A stretch of DNA of 64,000 bases from the human T2T-CHM13v2.0 reference genome, Homo sapiens. Positions 1-17,265 of the stretch are shown piece by piece. The stretch lies in the NCBI RefSeq assembly GCF_009914755.1, contig NC_060926.1; one strand, written 5' to 3'. The notes under the pieces are model-generated. The model ran no database searches. It was given only the letters and a program-made list of their open reading frames with translations, and had not been told where the DNA came from. Made by a program: the position numbers and the translations under genes. How positions within the stretch are numbered: the stretch's first letter is position 1; each line of letters opens with the position of its first letter.

Positions 1-559
1 TATTATTAATAATTCTGTTGAAACATGATCAAAATTATGAATGGAAACACTTCCAATGTTCCAATATAACCCTTAGGCTTATTCATGCCAGAAACATCTC
101 CTCTGGGCCTCAACATTCCCCAGGAGAAGATTAGGAAAGTTATAATCTTTTTACCATGTCAAGTCTAAGATAATACTTAATTGTTACTGTGTACTTGCAA
201 TTCCAGATCACATTGGACAGAAACCCCTACCTTTAACAAATAGTTCTATTCTAGCTGCAATCATATCACATTCACTTCTTAGCCTACCAATTAATATCCA
301 ACCAAATTAGAGCTTGGTGAGTTTCTGGCAGGTTTGTGACACTGTACCTGAAACCTGTAATTTTAACTAATTATAGAAATTCTGGGCAGGAAGCCTTCTG
401 AAAAGATGATCAGCTTCATTCCCTTCATTTGAAACTTTGAAACTGCCCCAGACCAAGAGTTCTTCTCCCTTCTATTTTAACCTGAAGAGAAGAAACGATA
501 TTAGCATGAAGGATCACTCATTGCAACTGGAACCATACTAGGTCCATAACATGGATGAT

Positions 560-720
560 CTGATTTAATCCTTGTCTTGATGTAGTAGGAATTATCCTCA
601 TTTTAAGAGGGGGAAACTAATGCTCAGAAAAACTTAGCTGAACAAGAGGAAACAGAGGGTTCACTTTAGAGTTGGGATCTTACCCAAGATCCATAATGTG
701 ATTCCAGAAACTAATGCTTC
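560..720 (-). mobile_element. MIR SINE fragment
   Basis: gtaggaattatcctcattttaagagggggaaactaatgctcaga resembles the reverse complement of the MIR core. Confidence 0.6.
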
Positions 721-732
721 TCTGTCATCTCT

Positions 733-910
733 CCAGATGTGGGCTGGAGCTGGCTGCTCAGAGTACACATCTCTTCTCAACTCCACATTCCACGAGGTCC
801 CATCAATAGCTTGAAATCAGCCTTGGTGGGAGTATTCACACGTTGCAAACTGGTAAATACTACAAATCAGGGCTTTTTTCTTCAGAGAGCTATTTACTAG
901 CACACTACTG
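733..910 (+). mobile_element. MER63A-like hAT DNA transposon
   Basis: catctcttctcaactccacatt...agcttgaaatcagccttggtgggagtatt...ctacaaatcagggc...cacactactg matches recalled MER63 motifs. Confidence 0.75.
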
Positions 911-1094
911 CCTATAATATTTGTATTTAATATTTCACAAATGTCAAAATTGGGTGTTTCTATTGATCAAGTTTTTTTTTTTCCAAAAACAAATAGTAGC
1001 AAGAAAGTGTAGGTAGAGTATATTTCAGCATTTGCTTCCCACATTTACTTTCTATGTCTCTTTGCCTACCATGAAACAAACTTAGATATTTTAG

Positions 1095-2350
1095 TTATCT
1101 AAAAGTAGTTACAATAATAGAAATCCTCATGCCTCTGTTATCCAGATTTAATATTTATCAACATATGGCCAACCTTATTTCATTGTACTTTTCAAACATG
1201 TTTTTTTCCTTCTCCCCAGCTGGATTATTTTCAAGCAAATCTCAGACATTATATCATTTTATTTGTAAATACATCAGTTTGTATTTCTAAGAGATAAGCT
1301 CATTTTAACCATTATCACAATACTATTATCGCATGTTAAAATTATCAGTAATTCTTTAATATTATCTAATAATTGGTCCATATTTAACCTTCTCTGACTC
1401 CCTCAAAGTTCTTTTTTACAAAGTTGCTTTGTTCAAATCAAGATCCAGACTATCTGGATGAAATGTCTTTAAGTATTAATTTATTTTAATCTGTTAATTA
1501 ATTTTTTGATAGTCCTCCCACTTTTTTATCTTTTGCCACTTATTTCAGTCATTTGTCCTGTAGAATGTCTTACATTTTGGATTTTGCTGATTGGTTTCCA
1601 TGGTGTCATGTGACATCTTCCTCTTTCTTCTGAGTTTCTTGAAAATGGGTAGACCTAGAGGTTTGAACAGATACATGTCCTATTTTTTGGCAAGTATATT
1701 TCATGAGTGGGGTTGTACTTCTATATCACATCAGAAGGTGAGTAATTTCTGCTGTCTTTCTTTTGCTAATTAGTAGGTTTTGTTCTTCTCATCCTAATTC
1801 ATCTTATAAAAATTCTCCATCAACCTTTCATTTAATTGTATGGGCAGTAATTGATGATCATTTCCTAGATTCATTAGTTGAGAAACCGTGACAAAAGAGT
1901 GATGGTTTAGGTCTTTTTTTCCTTCTCCATGTATTGGCTGGAATTCTTCTGTAGAGCAGACATTTTACGTATCAACTATTTGGTTAACAAACTGAATTAC
2001 AGTTTGTACAGGAACGACAGCATAAATGTTTTCTTTCCCTTTACTCATCAGTTTACAGAATGAATTTATACCCTCATATCCTTCAAGGGTAACAGAAAGC
2101 TTATTTTCTTTTTTAAAACTTTTTGCTATCATTATGCACTAACAGATGTTAATAAGTTTGATGTGTTTCCATAAATTGCAGTCATTATTTTTTTGATTAT
2201 TGGAAATTATTTCCTGTGTCTTTTTGACATGACCCCAGTATTTCTGATAGTTTCCTTGCTTTCAGGTATATTCCAGGCTCTTATAAATTTCCAGACCCAG
2301 TCCTAGAAATAGACATTTTTAGGAGGAGACTGATTTCTTACAATGGGAAG
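1095..2350 (-). mobile_element. Old L1MC (L1MC4/5-like) 3' region, antisense
   Basis: ggattattttcaagcaaatctcagacattatatcatttt, tcatttgtcctgtagaatgtcttacattttggattttgctgatt and similar motifs typical of reversed L1MC 3' ends. Confidence 0.7.
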
Positions 2351-2635
2351 TGGCTCTGCCCACCATTGAAACTGATTATGTCTAGGAGAAATTCTCAACC
2401 AGAACAGGCCGAGCCCTCACAGAACACAGATGACACCTACAGAGTACTGTCAGCCAGCATCTGAAATTTTATTACTTAGAGCAAATGTTGCCAATTTATT
2501 ACAGGATCTGTCATGGTAAAGTATACAATATAATCTTTACTCATAACCTAACATTTTACTGATAACCTCAAACATATGAATGAGTGGCTGTCTAAAAAAC
2601 TACACTGTATGCATCCCTTATATATGAATGAGCAT

Positions 2636-2713
2636 TGGGCAAATTCAGATTTTCAGAGACCTGAAGTCTAAACAATTTGTGGGGTACCCTCTTTTAGAAA
2701 ATTAACATGAAAT
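2636..2713 (+). mobile_element. Left end of a hAT-Tip100 element (MER96/MER97-like), split by the L1PA
   Basis: gacctgaagtctaaacaatttgtggggtaccctcttttagaaaa continues after the L1 at 8726 (aatacaaaattaggcaagaaagtgaatatttatt). Confidence 0.55.
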
Positions 2714-3721
2714 TGCAAGATGGCCGAAAAGGAACAGCTCCAGTCTGCAGCTCCCAGCGTGATCAACGCAGAAGACGGGTGATTTCCACATTTTCAACTG
2801 AGGTACCTGGTTCATCTCATTGGGACTGGTTGGACAGTGGGTGCAGCCCATGGAGGATGAGCCAAAGCAGGGTGGGGCATCACCTCACCCAGGAAGCACA
2901 AGGGGCTGGGGGATTTCCCTTTCCTAGCCAAGGGAAGCCGTCACAGACTACCTGGAAAAACAGGACACTCCTGCCCAAATACTGCGCTTTTCCCAAGGTC
3001 TTAGCAACTGGCAGACAAGCAGATTCTCTACCATGCCTGGCTCAGCGGGTCCCACACCCATGGAGCCTTGTTCACTGCTAGCACAGCAGTCTGAGATTGA
3101 ATTGCGAGGCAGCAGCCTGGCTGGGGGAGGGGTGTCTGCCATTGCTGAGGCTTGAGTAGGTAAACAAAGTGGCCAAGAAGCTCAAACTGGGCGGAGCCCA
3201 CTGCAGCTCAACAAGGCCTACTGCCTCTAGACTCTGCCTCTGCGGGCAGGGCATGGCTGAACAAAAGGCAGCAGACAACTTCTGCAGACTTAAATGTCCC
3301 TGTCTGACAGCTCAGAAGAGAGCAGTGGTTCTCCAAGCATGGCGTTTGAGCTCTGAGAATGGACAGAATGCCTCCTCAAATGGGTCCCTGACTCCTGTGC
3401 AGCCTAACTGGGAGACACCTCCCAGTAGGGGCTGACAGACGCCTCACATAGGTGACTGCCACTCTGGAATAAAGCTTCCAGAGGAAGGATCAGGCAGCAA
3501 TATTTGCTGTTCTGCAGCTCTGCTGGTGATACCCAGACAAACAGTGTCTGGAGTGGACCTCCAGCAAATGCCAACAGATCTGCAGCTGAGGGACCTGACT
3601 ATTAGAAGGAAAACTAATAAACAGAAAGGAATAGCATTGACATAAACAAAAAGGTCATCTACACCAAAACCCCATCTGTAGGTCACCAACATCAAAGACC
3701 AAAGGTAGAGGAACCACAAAG
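2714..3721 (+). promoter_or_regulatory. L1 5'UTR: internal sense promoter plus antisense promoter region
   Basis: YY1 motif at 2716-2726; CpG-decayed L1PA 5'UTR; retains the segment (about 3460-3570) deleted in L1HS/L1PA2. Confidence 0.75.
2948..3142 (-). CDS. ORF0: L1 ORF0 homolog, 64 aa (antisense ORF of primate L1 5'UTR); expression not shown
   Basis: MADTPPPARLLPRNSISDCCASSEQGSMGVGPAEPG...FSR aligns by eye with L1HS ORF0 (MAGAPPPASLPPCSLISDCCASNQRDSVGVGPSEPG...FSR); Kozak gcaATGG. Confidence 0.75.
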   Translation of the reverse strand: MADTPPPARLLPRNSISDCCASSEQGSMGVGPAEPGMVENLLVCQLLRPWEKRSIWAGVSCFSR

Positions 3722-4744
3722 ATGGGGAGAAACCAGAGCAGAAAAGCTGAAAATTCTAAAAATCAGAGTGCCTCTTATCCTCCAAAGGATCGCAGCTCCT
3801 CGCCAGCAATGGAACAAAGCTGGACAGAAAAAGACTTTCATGAGCTGACGGAAGTAGGCTTCAGAAGGTCGGTCATAAACTTCTCCGAGCTAAAGGGGGA
3901 TGTTCGAACCCATCGCAAGGAAGCTAAAAACCTTGAAAAAAGATTAGAGGAATGGCTAACTAGAATAAAAAGTGTAGAGAATACCTTAAATGACCTGATG
4001 GAGCTGAAAACCATGGCATGAGAACTTCGTGACACATGCACAAGCTTCAATAGCTGATTTGATCAAGTGGAAGAAAGGATATCAGTGATTGAAAATCAAA
4101 TGAATGAAATAAAGTGAGAAGACAAGGTTAGAGAAAAAAGAGTAAAAAGAAATGAACAAAGCCTCCAAGAAACAGGGGGCTATGTGAAAAGACCAAATCT
4201 ACGTTTGATTGGTGTACCTAAAAGTGACAGGGAGAATGGAACCAAGTTGGAAAACATTCTTCAGGATATCATCCAGGAGAACTTCCCCAACCTAGCAAGG
4301 CAGGCCAACATTCAAATTCAGGAAATACAGAGAACACCACAAAGATACTCCTCGACACAAGCAACCACAGGACATGTAATTGTCAGATTCAACAAGGTTG
4401 AAATGAAGGAAGAAGTGTTAAGGGCAGCCAGAGAGAAAGGTCAAATTACCTACAAAGAGAAGCCCATCAGACTAACAGTGGATCTCTCTGCACAAACCCT
4501 ACAAGCCAGAAGAGAGTAGCGGTCAATATTCAACATTATTAGAGAAAAGAATTTTCAACCCAGAATTTCATATCCAGCCAAACTAAGCTTCATAAGTGAA
4601 GGAAAAATAAAATCCTTTACAGACAAGCAAATGCTGAGAGATTCTGTCACCACCAGGCCTGCCTTACAAGAGCTCCTGAAGGAAGCACTAAACATGGAAA
4701 GAAACAACTGGTACCAGCCACTGCAAAAACATGCCAAATTGTAA
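3722..4744 (+). pseudogene. L1 ORF1p, disrupted
   Basis: ORF track fragments 3722-4021 and 4184-4519 (KRPNLRLIGVP, ENFPNLARQANIQIQEIQRTP); premature stops such as TGA at 4019-4021; native stop TAA at 4742-4744. Confidence 0.92.
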
Positions 4745-4808
4745 AGACCCATTGATGCTATGAAGAAACTGCATCAACTAAGGAGCAAAATAAACGGTGA
4801 ACATCATA

Positions 4809-8492
<3,684 letters not shown>

Positions 8493-8725
8493 ACAATGAG
8501 ATCACTTGGACACAGAGCGAGGAACATCACACTGGGGCCTGTTGGGGGGTGGGGGGGCTGGGGGAGGAATAGCATTAGGAGAAATACCTAATGTGAATGA
8601 TGAGTTGATGGGTGCAGCAAACCAACATGGCACACGTATACCTATGTATCAAACCTGCATGTTATGCACATGTACCCTAGAACTTAAAGTATAATAATAA
8701 TAAAAAAAGAAAATTAACATGAAAT

Positions 8726-9830
8726 CCCAAATACAAAATTAGGCAAGAAAGTGAATATTTATTAAGGTTGAGGGAAAGAAATCATAGCAAGTTATTTAAA
8801 TATAAAAAAGCTAGAAATATAGAAATCACAAAATATGAAAAATATTTTTATAAATGTATTGCCTGCTATACTTCTATATTATTCCTACATTTTTTGGTTG
8901 CCTACTCTTTGATCCCCTTTTCATATTGTAATAATTTTGTGATATCACTCTTTAAAGATATGAGAAAGATAATTCAGTCTTTCCTCTGGTGCGATTGACC
9001 AGACCTAAATTTTTGATAGTTGGAACACATAAGATCTTGTGACCTACACAAACATACTCTTATTTGTAGGACTCTTATGGTTTGTACCTTATCAGAAATT
9101 TTATCCTATAAATTTATTTAAAATCATATAAAGTTTTATAAAATATGTAAATTCTATTTTAAGCAATAACCCCCAAAGAAAAAATGTATGATGCATTTAT
9201 AATTGTATACACCAGTATGTTATCTAGCATATTTTTGGTAGGTGAGAACTTACATTTTTATTAGAGATCAATTAGAACAAAATCATCCAGTTGCAAGTTT
9301 ACATGTTTGGTGATTGAAAATTTTCCACAGAATAGCTTCTGGTTCTGTACATTGCAATAACCATTTCTCCTTTACTGACTACATACTTCTAGGACTGGGT
9401 GCTGTAGAGTACATTCATAATACAACATAGCCACTGTCCTTGCTGGGAGAGTCAGCTGAGTGTGTGGTAGAAACTAGAAGCCATTCCTTCGCTGGCATGG
9501 CTGGCAATAGCTTAATTATACACAGAAGTGACTGCAGAATTTATGCACATCCCACTAAACTCTGAGTAAATATATCTGCGACCCTTAGTCTCTTCTGCCC
9601 AAAGCTACCCCCAATACCACCCAACATGAGGAAAAGTGAGATGAAGGAAAAGCTGGAATGGAACAAAACAGTTGTCTTAGCCAGTTGTGGTTAAAATCCC
9701 TCACTTTAGCAAATATTACGAAAACATATGATCACGTGGACACACTTCTCAGGCCCTCTCAGGGCCTTGGAAGAACCCATACAAGTGAGGGCCCCTGAAG
9801 TTTAAGCTTCATTGGCTTCACAGCAATCAT
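8726..9830 (+). mobile_element. Remainder of the hAT-Tip100 element (MER96/MER97-like)
   Basis: Continues from 2636-2713; ends gggcccctgaagtttaagcttcattggcttcac. Confidence 0.55.
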
Positions 9831-10744
9831 TTGTCTTGAGAGAATCATCACCTCACTGTTGAATCTTTTCCAATGGTTAATCAAAGCATTTTGACCTTCC
9901 TATCTCGAATGTTTTGACAATTCCTTTAATATTTAACTTTGACTCTTTGACTGCATCCTCAGGAGTCCTCAGTACACACACACAGAAGCCAAGCACATAA
10001 TTTTACACTGTTTGTGGAATAAAAGAGTAATCATGTCGATATAGTTTTTTTCTTATTGCATTGGTGGAGTGAATAGTTAATATGAATCTACAGCTTATAA
10101 AAAGCTATTTGTGTATTAAAAATACATCTATATAAATATATCTAGCCACTCTTGGCTGAAACCCAAGAGCACTACAAGTAAAAACATAAAAAACTCATAG
10201 CAAGTAATTTCTAGTTATTATTTTGATTAGTACTCTAGCATACTCACTAGCAAGAGGAGAAATGATGTCCTTGCTCTAGTTATAGTAATCTATGTCTGTC
10301 AAGCCTGGGAGTTGCCAGCAAATATTTCAGGAAAATTTCCAGAGCTATTATTAGATATAATACAGACTTTCCTACCTAGTTTTCAGCCATGAGATCTCTG
10401 GCAGATGCCTCAGTGATTATAGTGGCAGTAATGCTCGGCATCCCGACACAGATAGCCTGCCCTAGGACCAGCAGCAGCAACTGACTGGGATTTTATAGGG
10501 GGAGTTTTTATTTTTATTTTTCAGACACTTCAACACAAGAACAAGGTCATTCTCAATGCCAAAACTTCTAGTTAAGCTTTGACTTTTCCTTATGCATCAA
10601 AAGTACTGAGATAGAGAAAAACAAACAACTCCCAAACCCACAGAAAGCCCAGTTACCAAGAAAAAAAAAAAGTCTTTAATTTAGTATTAGGAACTCTGGA
10701 TATCTAGAATACAGTTTCAAATTGAACATCATCACCACTGAAAT

Positions 10745-10960
10745 CACAGGTAACATTTATTTGGGACTTACTATTCATCAAGCATCGCACCAAATGCCTG
10801 CAGTATCCTGATTTTACAGATGAAGAGGACAAGGCAGTGAAAGGATAACAAACTTGACCTGGTTGCAACTAGCAAATGTGGGGTGGGGTGGGGTGGGGAC
10901 CAGGATTTGCCTTTAGGCAATCTAATCCCAGAGACAGATTGTTAATCACCGCTCCATATT
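10745..10960 (-). mobile_element. MIR
   Basis: taacatttatttgggacttactat...ttttacagatgaagagg. Confidence 0.65.
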
Positions 10961-11275
10961 GCCCTGCAGTATTAGTATGCTTGAAAAAACTCTTGATTTT
11001 AAAGTTGGAGAGGTAATAATAATTAAAATCTTTGTTAGTACAAGTAAGAAAAATATTTATGCTTTCTCTTTCTTAAGTTTCTAAATAGATCACACGTATG
11101 AAGACAACACTGAATTTGGACTGGATTTTCGTATAGCTGGCAATGTAACATTTAGATTTCTTATCACTTAAAAGCAGCATTTATCTGCATATTCAAAACA
11201 GATTAAATCAACAACGTTGGAAAAAATTCTTCAATAGACTATATTAAAAAACAAATATGAGAAAAATTGATTATG

Positions 11276-11400
11276 AAAGATGAATAAATTCGAGAGGTCT
11301 TCTGTACAACATTGTACCTATAGTTACAATACTATATTGTGCACTTAAAATTTGTTGAGTGTCGATCTCACATTAAGTGTTCTTATCACAACAAAATCAA
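11276..11400 (+). mobile_element. L1MA/L1MB 3' end fragment
   Basis: tgtacaacattgtacctatagttaacaatactatattgtgcacttaaaatttgtt. Confidence 0.7.
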
Positions 11401-12099
11401 ATGAAAACAATGACAACAAAACCCCTAAGCCTCTATCAACTTGTTAGAAGAAAAAGGAAGAATTAATTTACAAGTTTATTTTTTAAAAATCTTCTGACTA
11501 TATGTAGAGAGACAAATATTCTAAGGACAAAAAGAATTTTAAGAATTTTCGAATCTGGCTCAGTAAGTTTGTTCTTGGTAGCAGTCCCGGTGTAGCAAAT
11601 CTGAAACTATTTCGTGAGTGTTGTAGGACTGAGGAAATAAATAAATATGTTGATATTGTGGTGTACCAGGATTCTTACTTGGGAGAATGGAAATGCAAAT
11701 ATGAAATGCAGACCCAGTAATGCTGAAATGAAATTGAGGGTAGCAGTATAGCAACACTATACCATATGGCTATAATACTGCTGTGTATGTGTGTGTTCAT
11801 TCTATTATCCACTGAGAGGACCTAGAAGCAAGCCACTCCAGGAGCAATACGCAAACCGACTATCTAGATTTGGGTTTCTGAATACCATTCCCTCCCTACT
11901 AAAAGGGACCAGGGATGGGACCGAGTTAGGGCTGAAGTATCTGAATGTACCATGGGGGATGAGCTCAAACTGATGAGAACAAGTTGAAAAGAAACAAGCC
12001 AACTCAGAAGGGCTCCTGCTGATGATCACATCTGGCACAATTTGAGTATCAAAATGAAAAATTACAGAAATGGATTATAATACTATTGAATTGGGAAAT

Positions 12100-12391
12100 G
12101 GTCAGGGTCAGTGGCTCATGTCTGTAATTCAAACACTTTGGGAGATTAAGGCAGCCTGATTGGTTGAGCTCAGGAATTTGAGACCAGCCTGGGCAACATG
12201 ACAACAATCCCATCTCTACAAAAAATACAAAAAATTGTTCCAAGAGTGGTGGTATGTGCTTGTAGTCCCAGCTACCCAGAAGGCTGAGGTGGGAGGATCA
12301 CCTGAGTCCAGAATGTTAAGGTTAAGGCCGCAGTGAGCCAAGATGGTGCCGCTGTACTCCAGTCTGGGGACAGAGTGAGATCCTGCCTCAA

Positions 12392-12415
<24 letters not shown>
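12100..12415 (+). mobile_element. AluJ
   Basis: Dimeric Alu with J diagnostics (gagctcaggaatttgagaccagcctgggcaacat, gggaggatcacctgag); long A-tail. Confidence 0.9.
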
Positions 12416-12422
<7 letters not shown>

Positions 12423-12454
12423 AGAAAGAAAAGAAAAAAATGAAATGATCAAAA

Positions 12455-12720
12455 ATGGTCAAAGGGTATCAAGGTTTAGTTAGACAGGATGGAGTCCCAG
12501 AGATCTATTGTATAGCATGGTGACTACAGTTAATAATAATGTATTATATACTTGAAATTGCTAAAGGAGTAGACTGTAAATCTTTTCACCACAAAAAATA
12601 AGTATGTGAGAGTTGATGAATGTGTTAGTGTGATTTAATCATTTCACAATGTATACAGATATCAAAATATAATATTGTACAAGTTACTTGCCAATTATAC
12701 CTTAATAAATCTGAGAAAAA
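12455..12720 (+). mobile_element. L1MA 3' end
   Basis: ggtcaaaggg...gatctattgtatagcatggtgactacagttaataataatgtatt...aataaa. Confidence 0.75.
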
Positions 12721-15699
12721 ACAAAATTATCAAGCTAAAAAAGTAATAGTAAAAAAGAAAAAATATATCCATAAGTACACAGTGATTCTAAAAATTTAAG
12801 GGTAGAGGAAGGAGGGAAAGCCAGGCAAATGAACTAATACATGTAAAAGTAATGGTAGAAACAGAAAACTAGAATTTCACTATCACATAGTAATAGCCAA
12901 TTCAGGCAATGATCATCAATGGATGCTAAAACCACTAGGGAAAAATCTGGGAAACAGAATATTCACAAAGTTTCAAAGTATCACTGTGCAGATAATGTTT
13001 GAATTTTTAAAAAGTTTCTTTACAATGAAGCAATCATGCAGACACTATCTTTATCTCAACATTGCCAGTAATGAAACACATTGACATCTTACATACTCTG
13101 AGAATGACACTGGGAAGGACACAGCATTACCTGTGCAGATAGCCTGCCAAAAATGCTTAATCTTAATCTAATCATGAGGAAAGAATCAAACAAATCCAAA
13201 AGGAAGGACATTTTGCAAAACAAATAGCCTAGATTTTTGAAAAATGTAAATGTTATACAGAACAACAACAACAACAAAAGTTGAAGAACTGTTTAGTTTA
13301 AAGGAGATCACAAAGACCTGACCATTAAATGTAGAGCGTAATCCTGGATTGGATCCTAGGTTGGAAAACAATTACTTAAATGATATTATTGTAGCAATTG
13401 AGGAAATGTGACAAAACGGCAGGCTATATAGTAGTACTCTATCACTACTACTTTATCAATATTCCCAGGTATTTTGCAGAGAATGTTCTTGTTCTTAGGA
13501 TGTCCATGCTGAAGAATTTGGGAGTGAAGTGTCTTGTTATCTGTAATAATTCTCAAATGATTCAGCATGAGTATATACGCATATTAATGATATATAAATG
13601 TATGAACAAAACTATATGAAACATTAATCAACATTCTATAGAGTTCGAGAGAGTAAGAGAACAAATGCAAGTGTGGAAAAACTAATATTTAATAAAGTTA
13701 TATGAGGGAGTATATGGGTATTTTCTTGTACAATTCTTGCAGTAGGATATGCTTTGAAATTGATCAAAATAAAAAGAAAATTATAATGGAAGCCATTTAA
13801 ATTCAATTTGAAAATGATGATCAGCAAATTGCTAAGTGGAAAGAATAAGACAACTGCTGCTTTGAAACAGCTTATGGGGAGCAGTGGAATAAACTAATGA
13901 ACTCAGGAGGTCCCGTTTGGTATTACACTTGGTTAATTGAGTAAAAAACAGAACAACAACAAAAAAAATCTTAAGTAACATATTTTAACGTTAGCCTGAA
14001 CAATTTTCAGTTTCTTCTTTGTGAACACAATGGTATAATAAACACCACCTATGTCAAACACATGGATCATTTGGCACAAAATTCTTTTCTCCGATTTCCA
14101 GTTTCAAAGTTATGAATGTACTTTCTCTCTGAAAAGAGTTATTTTCCCTTAACTTTTATTATGGATCTATTCAGCACAAATTTTCCTAAATCCTCTTTGA
14201 ATCTTTTTTAGAGGTCTGTATCTACATTATGTCCATAATGTGACCACTGCATAAAAAAAGATTCTTTTTATTTGTTATATTTTATTTTCTGACTTAGAAC
14301 TCCACAGGTTTTTCTTTGTGCTGCTTTACAGAGATTTGATGAACAGGTGTGTTTGGTCCTAGCCATCTGCTACAACGTTTTATAGTCTTCAATCATATTC
14401 CTTTGTTTTTTTAGCCTGAAGGAACGACATTCTAATCTTTTTAATCAGTCTGGTTATTGCCACTTCAATGTCACCCACTCACTTTTAATTGCCCTTCTCA
14501 CACCTTCCCCATGCAGTTATATTTTTCTGCAGGCAAAACAACTGAAATAGAACTTATTTCTCCAAGTCTCTTTATACTGGCTAAGGTGCATTTACAGTTT
14601 CATTTCCCAGACTCAGATAATTTCTGACAGCTTTGTTTGCAGCTGTACTTCAGCTTGTTAGTTCAAGGGACAAACTGTAGGACTTTTCTTGAAGCAGAAA
14701 TGGACTCTTGGAAATTACCATTTTATAAATATAAAATATAATTTAGATTTTCTCCCCTAAAAGCATTATGTTTCACATGCATACAACAAAATTGAACCTC
14801 TATGGTTCCTAAACATTCAGAATCTACTTATGATACTTTTAATTCTATGACATAACCCTTAAGTAAAAAAAAAAAATCAATTTACAGCCAACTGGTCCCT
14901 GTAGGGAAATCTTACCAGAGCAAATCTTGTTCAGCCCTTGAAGTAGCTGAGCTAAAGGAAGGACGAGCCCTTTTGTCCCAGAAGCCACAGTGTAGAATGG
15001 ACAATGATCAGAGGCTCTCTTGTGTCCTGAGATGCTTTCGATGAAGGTGGGAAGAAGGTACATCTGTTAATGATTATCTGTTTCCCATTATTCCTTAGCA
15101 TGTGTGGGAACAACGTGTGGCTCCCTTAGCAGCACTGTCTGTCTCAAGGTTTGATTCAATTTTAATGGGCAAGTTATTAAGCACAGCATCTTGCAAGGGG
15201 CTCTGAGAAACCATATGAAACTGACGACTGATTTAGAATGAAATTGAGTTTTCAGAGATATTGAAAACTTTGGTCTGAAAGAAAAAAATGTCTACAATAA
15301 AGATAGGTATACTTATAAGCCACACATCCTTAGTACCACAAAATCACAATATTAGAATCTCACGGAATCATTTGGACTTGTCTTCTACCTTCAGATATTT
15401 AAAATAACAGATGTCTTAAGGGAGTAAATGGGAGTCTGTTTTGAAGATCTCTAGGGCATAAGACACATCAGCTTCCCTTCTGATGGTCAATAATGTTCTT
15501 CCTCTAGTTTCATTTACATCCTCAAACATGGAGAACAAGTGATCTTCAACTAACTCATACACCTGAAGACATGAATCAAGCCACTCCTTCATCCATGTCC
15601 TCTCCTGTCTCAACAACTCCATTCCTCTTTTTTTTCTCATAGAAACTATTTTCTATATTAATCTTAGTTACTCTTGTTCGAACCAGCATGAAGCATAAT

Positions 15700-16677
<978 letters not shown>

Positions 16678-17060
16678 AAATGGAATGAAATACTGCTCAG
16701 CAATAAAAAAGGAATGAACTATTTATACCTGCAAAAACAAGGATGAATCTCAAAGAGTTTGTGCTGAGCAAAAGAGGCCAGTTTCAAAAGGTAGCATACG
16801 GTATGATTCCATATATGTAACATTCTGGAAAAGGTAAAACTATAGTGGTGGAGAAGAGCATAGTTGTTGCCAAGGGTGAGGGATGGAGAGACAGTGTAAG
16901 TAAGTACAAGGGTATAGGACAAAATAAGTTTTTAGAGTGATGGAACTGTTTGAATTGTGACTGTGGTGGTAGTTTCATGAATCTCTCTCTATATATATGT
17001 ATCAAAACTCCTAGTTCAAAAAAGTTCATTTTATTGTTTATTAAAAAATGAAAAGAAATC
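16678..17060 (+). mobile_element. L1MB/L1MC/L1MD 3' end
   Basis: tactgctcagcaataaaaaaggaatgaactat...ggatgaatctc...tatgattccatatatgtaacattctggaaaagg. Confidence 0.75.
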
Positions 17061-17129
17061 ATATAGCACAATGTTAGCTCACAGATGATACTTCAATAAG
17101 TGTTATGTTTATAAATGTTAAAAACATTC

Positions 17130-17265
17130 AAAATCCTGCGCACCACTCTAAATCTGCTTAATTTGATTCTCTGAGAAGATTCTACACTTACAAACAAAAC
17201 ACCCCCCACCCCACAACTATTTTCCCTGATGATACTAAAGTTTAACCATATTTGAGAACTGCTAG
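17130..17265. mobile_element. MER5-like fragment
   Basis: ctgatgatactaaagtttaaccatatttgagaactgct terminal motif. Confidence 0.4.

Larger units (their letters stand above)
11420..13790 (+). mobile_element. L1MC4-like 3' region interrupted by AluJ and L1MA
   Basis: tatccactgagaggacctagaagc, tttctgaataccattcc, atcatcaatggatgctaaaacc, aatctaatcatgagg, ttttcttgtacaattcttgca. Confidence 0.7.
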
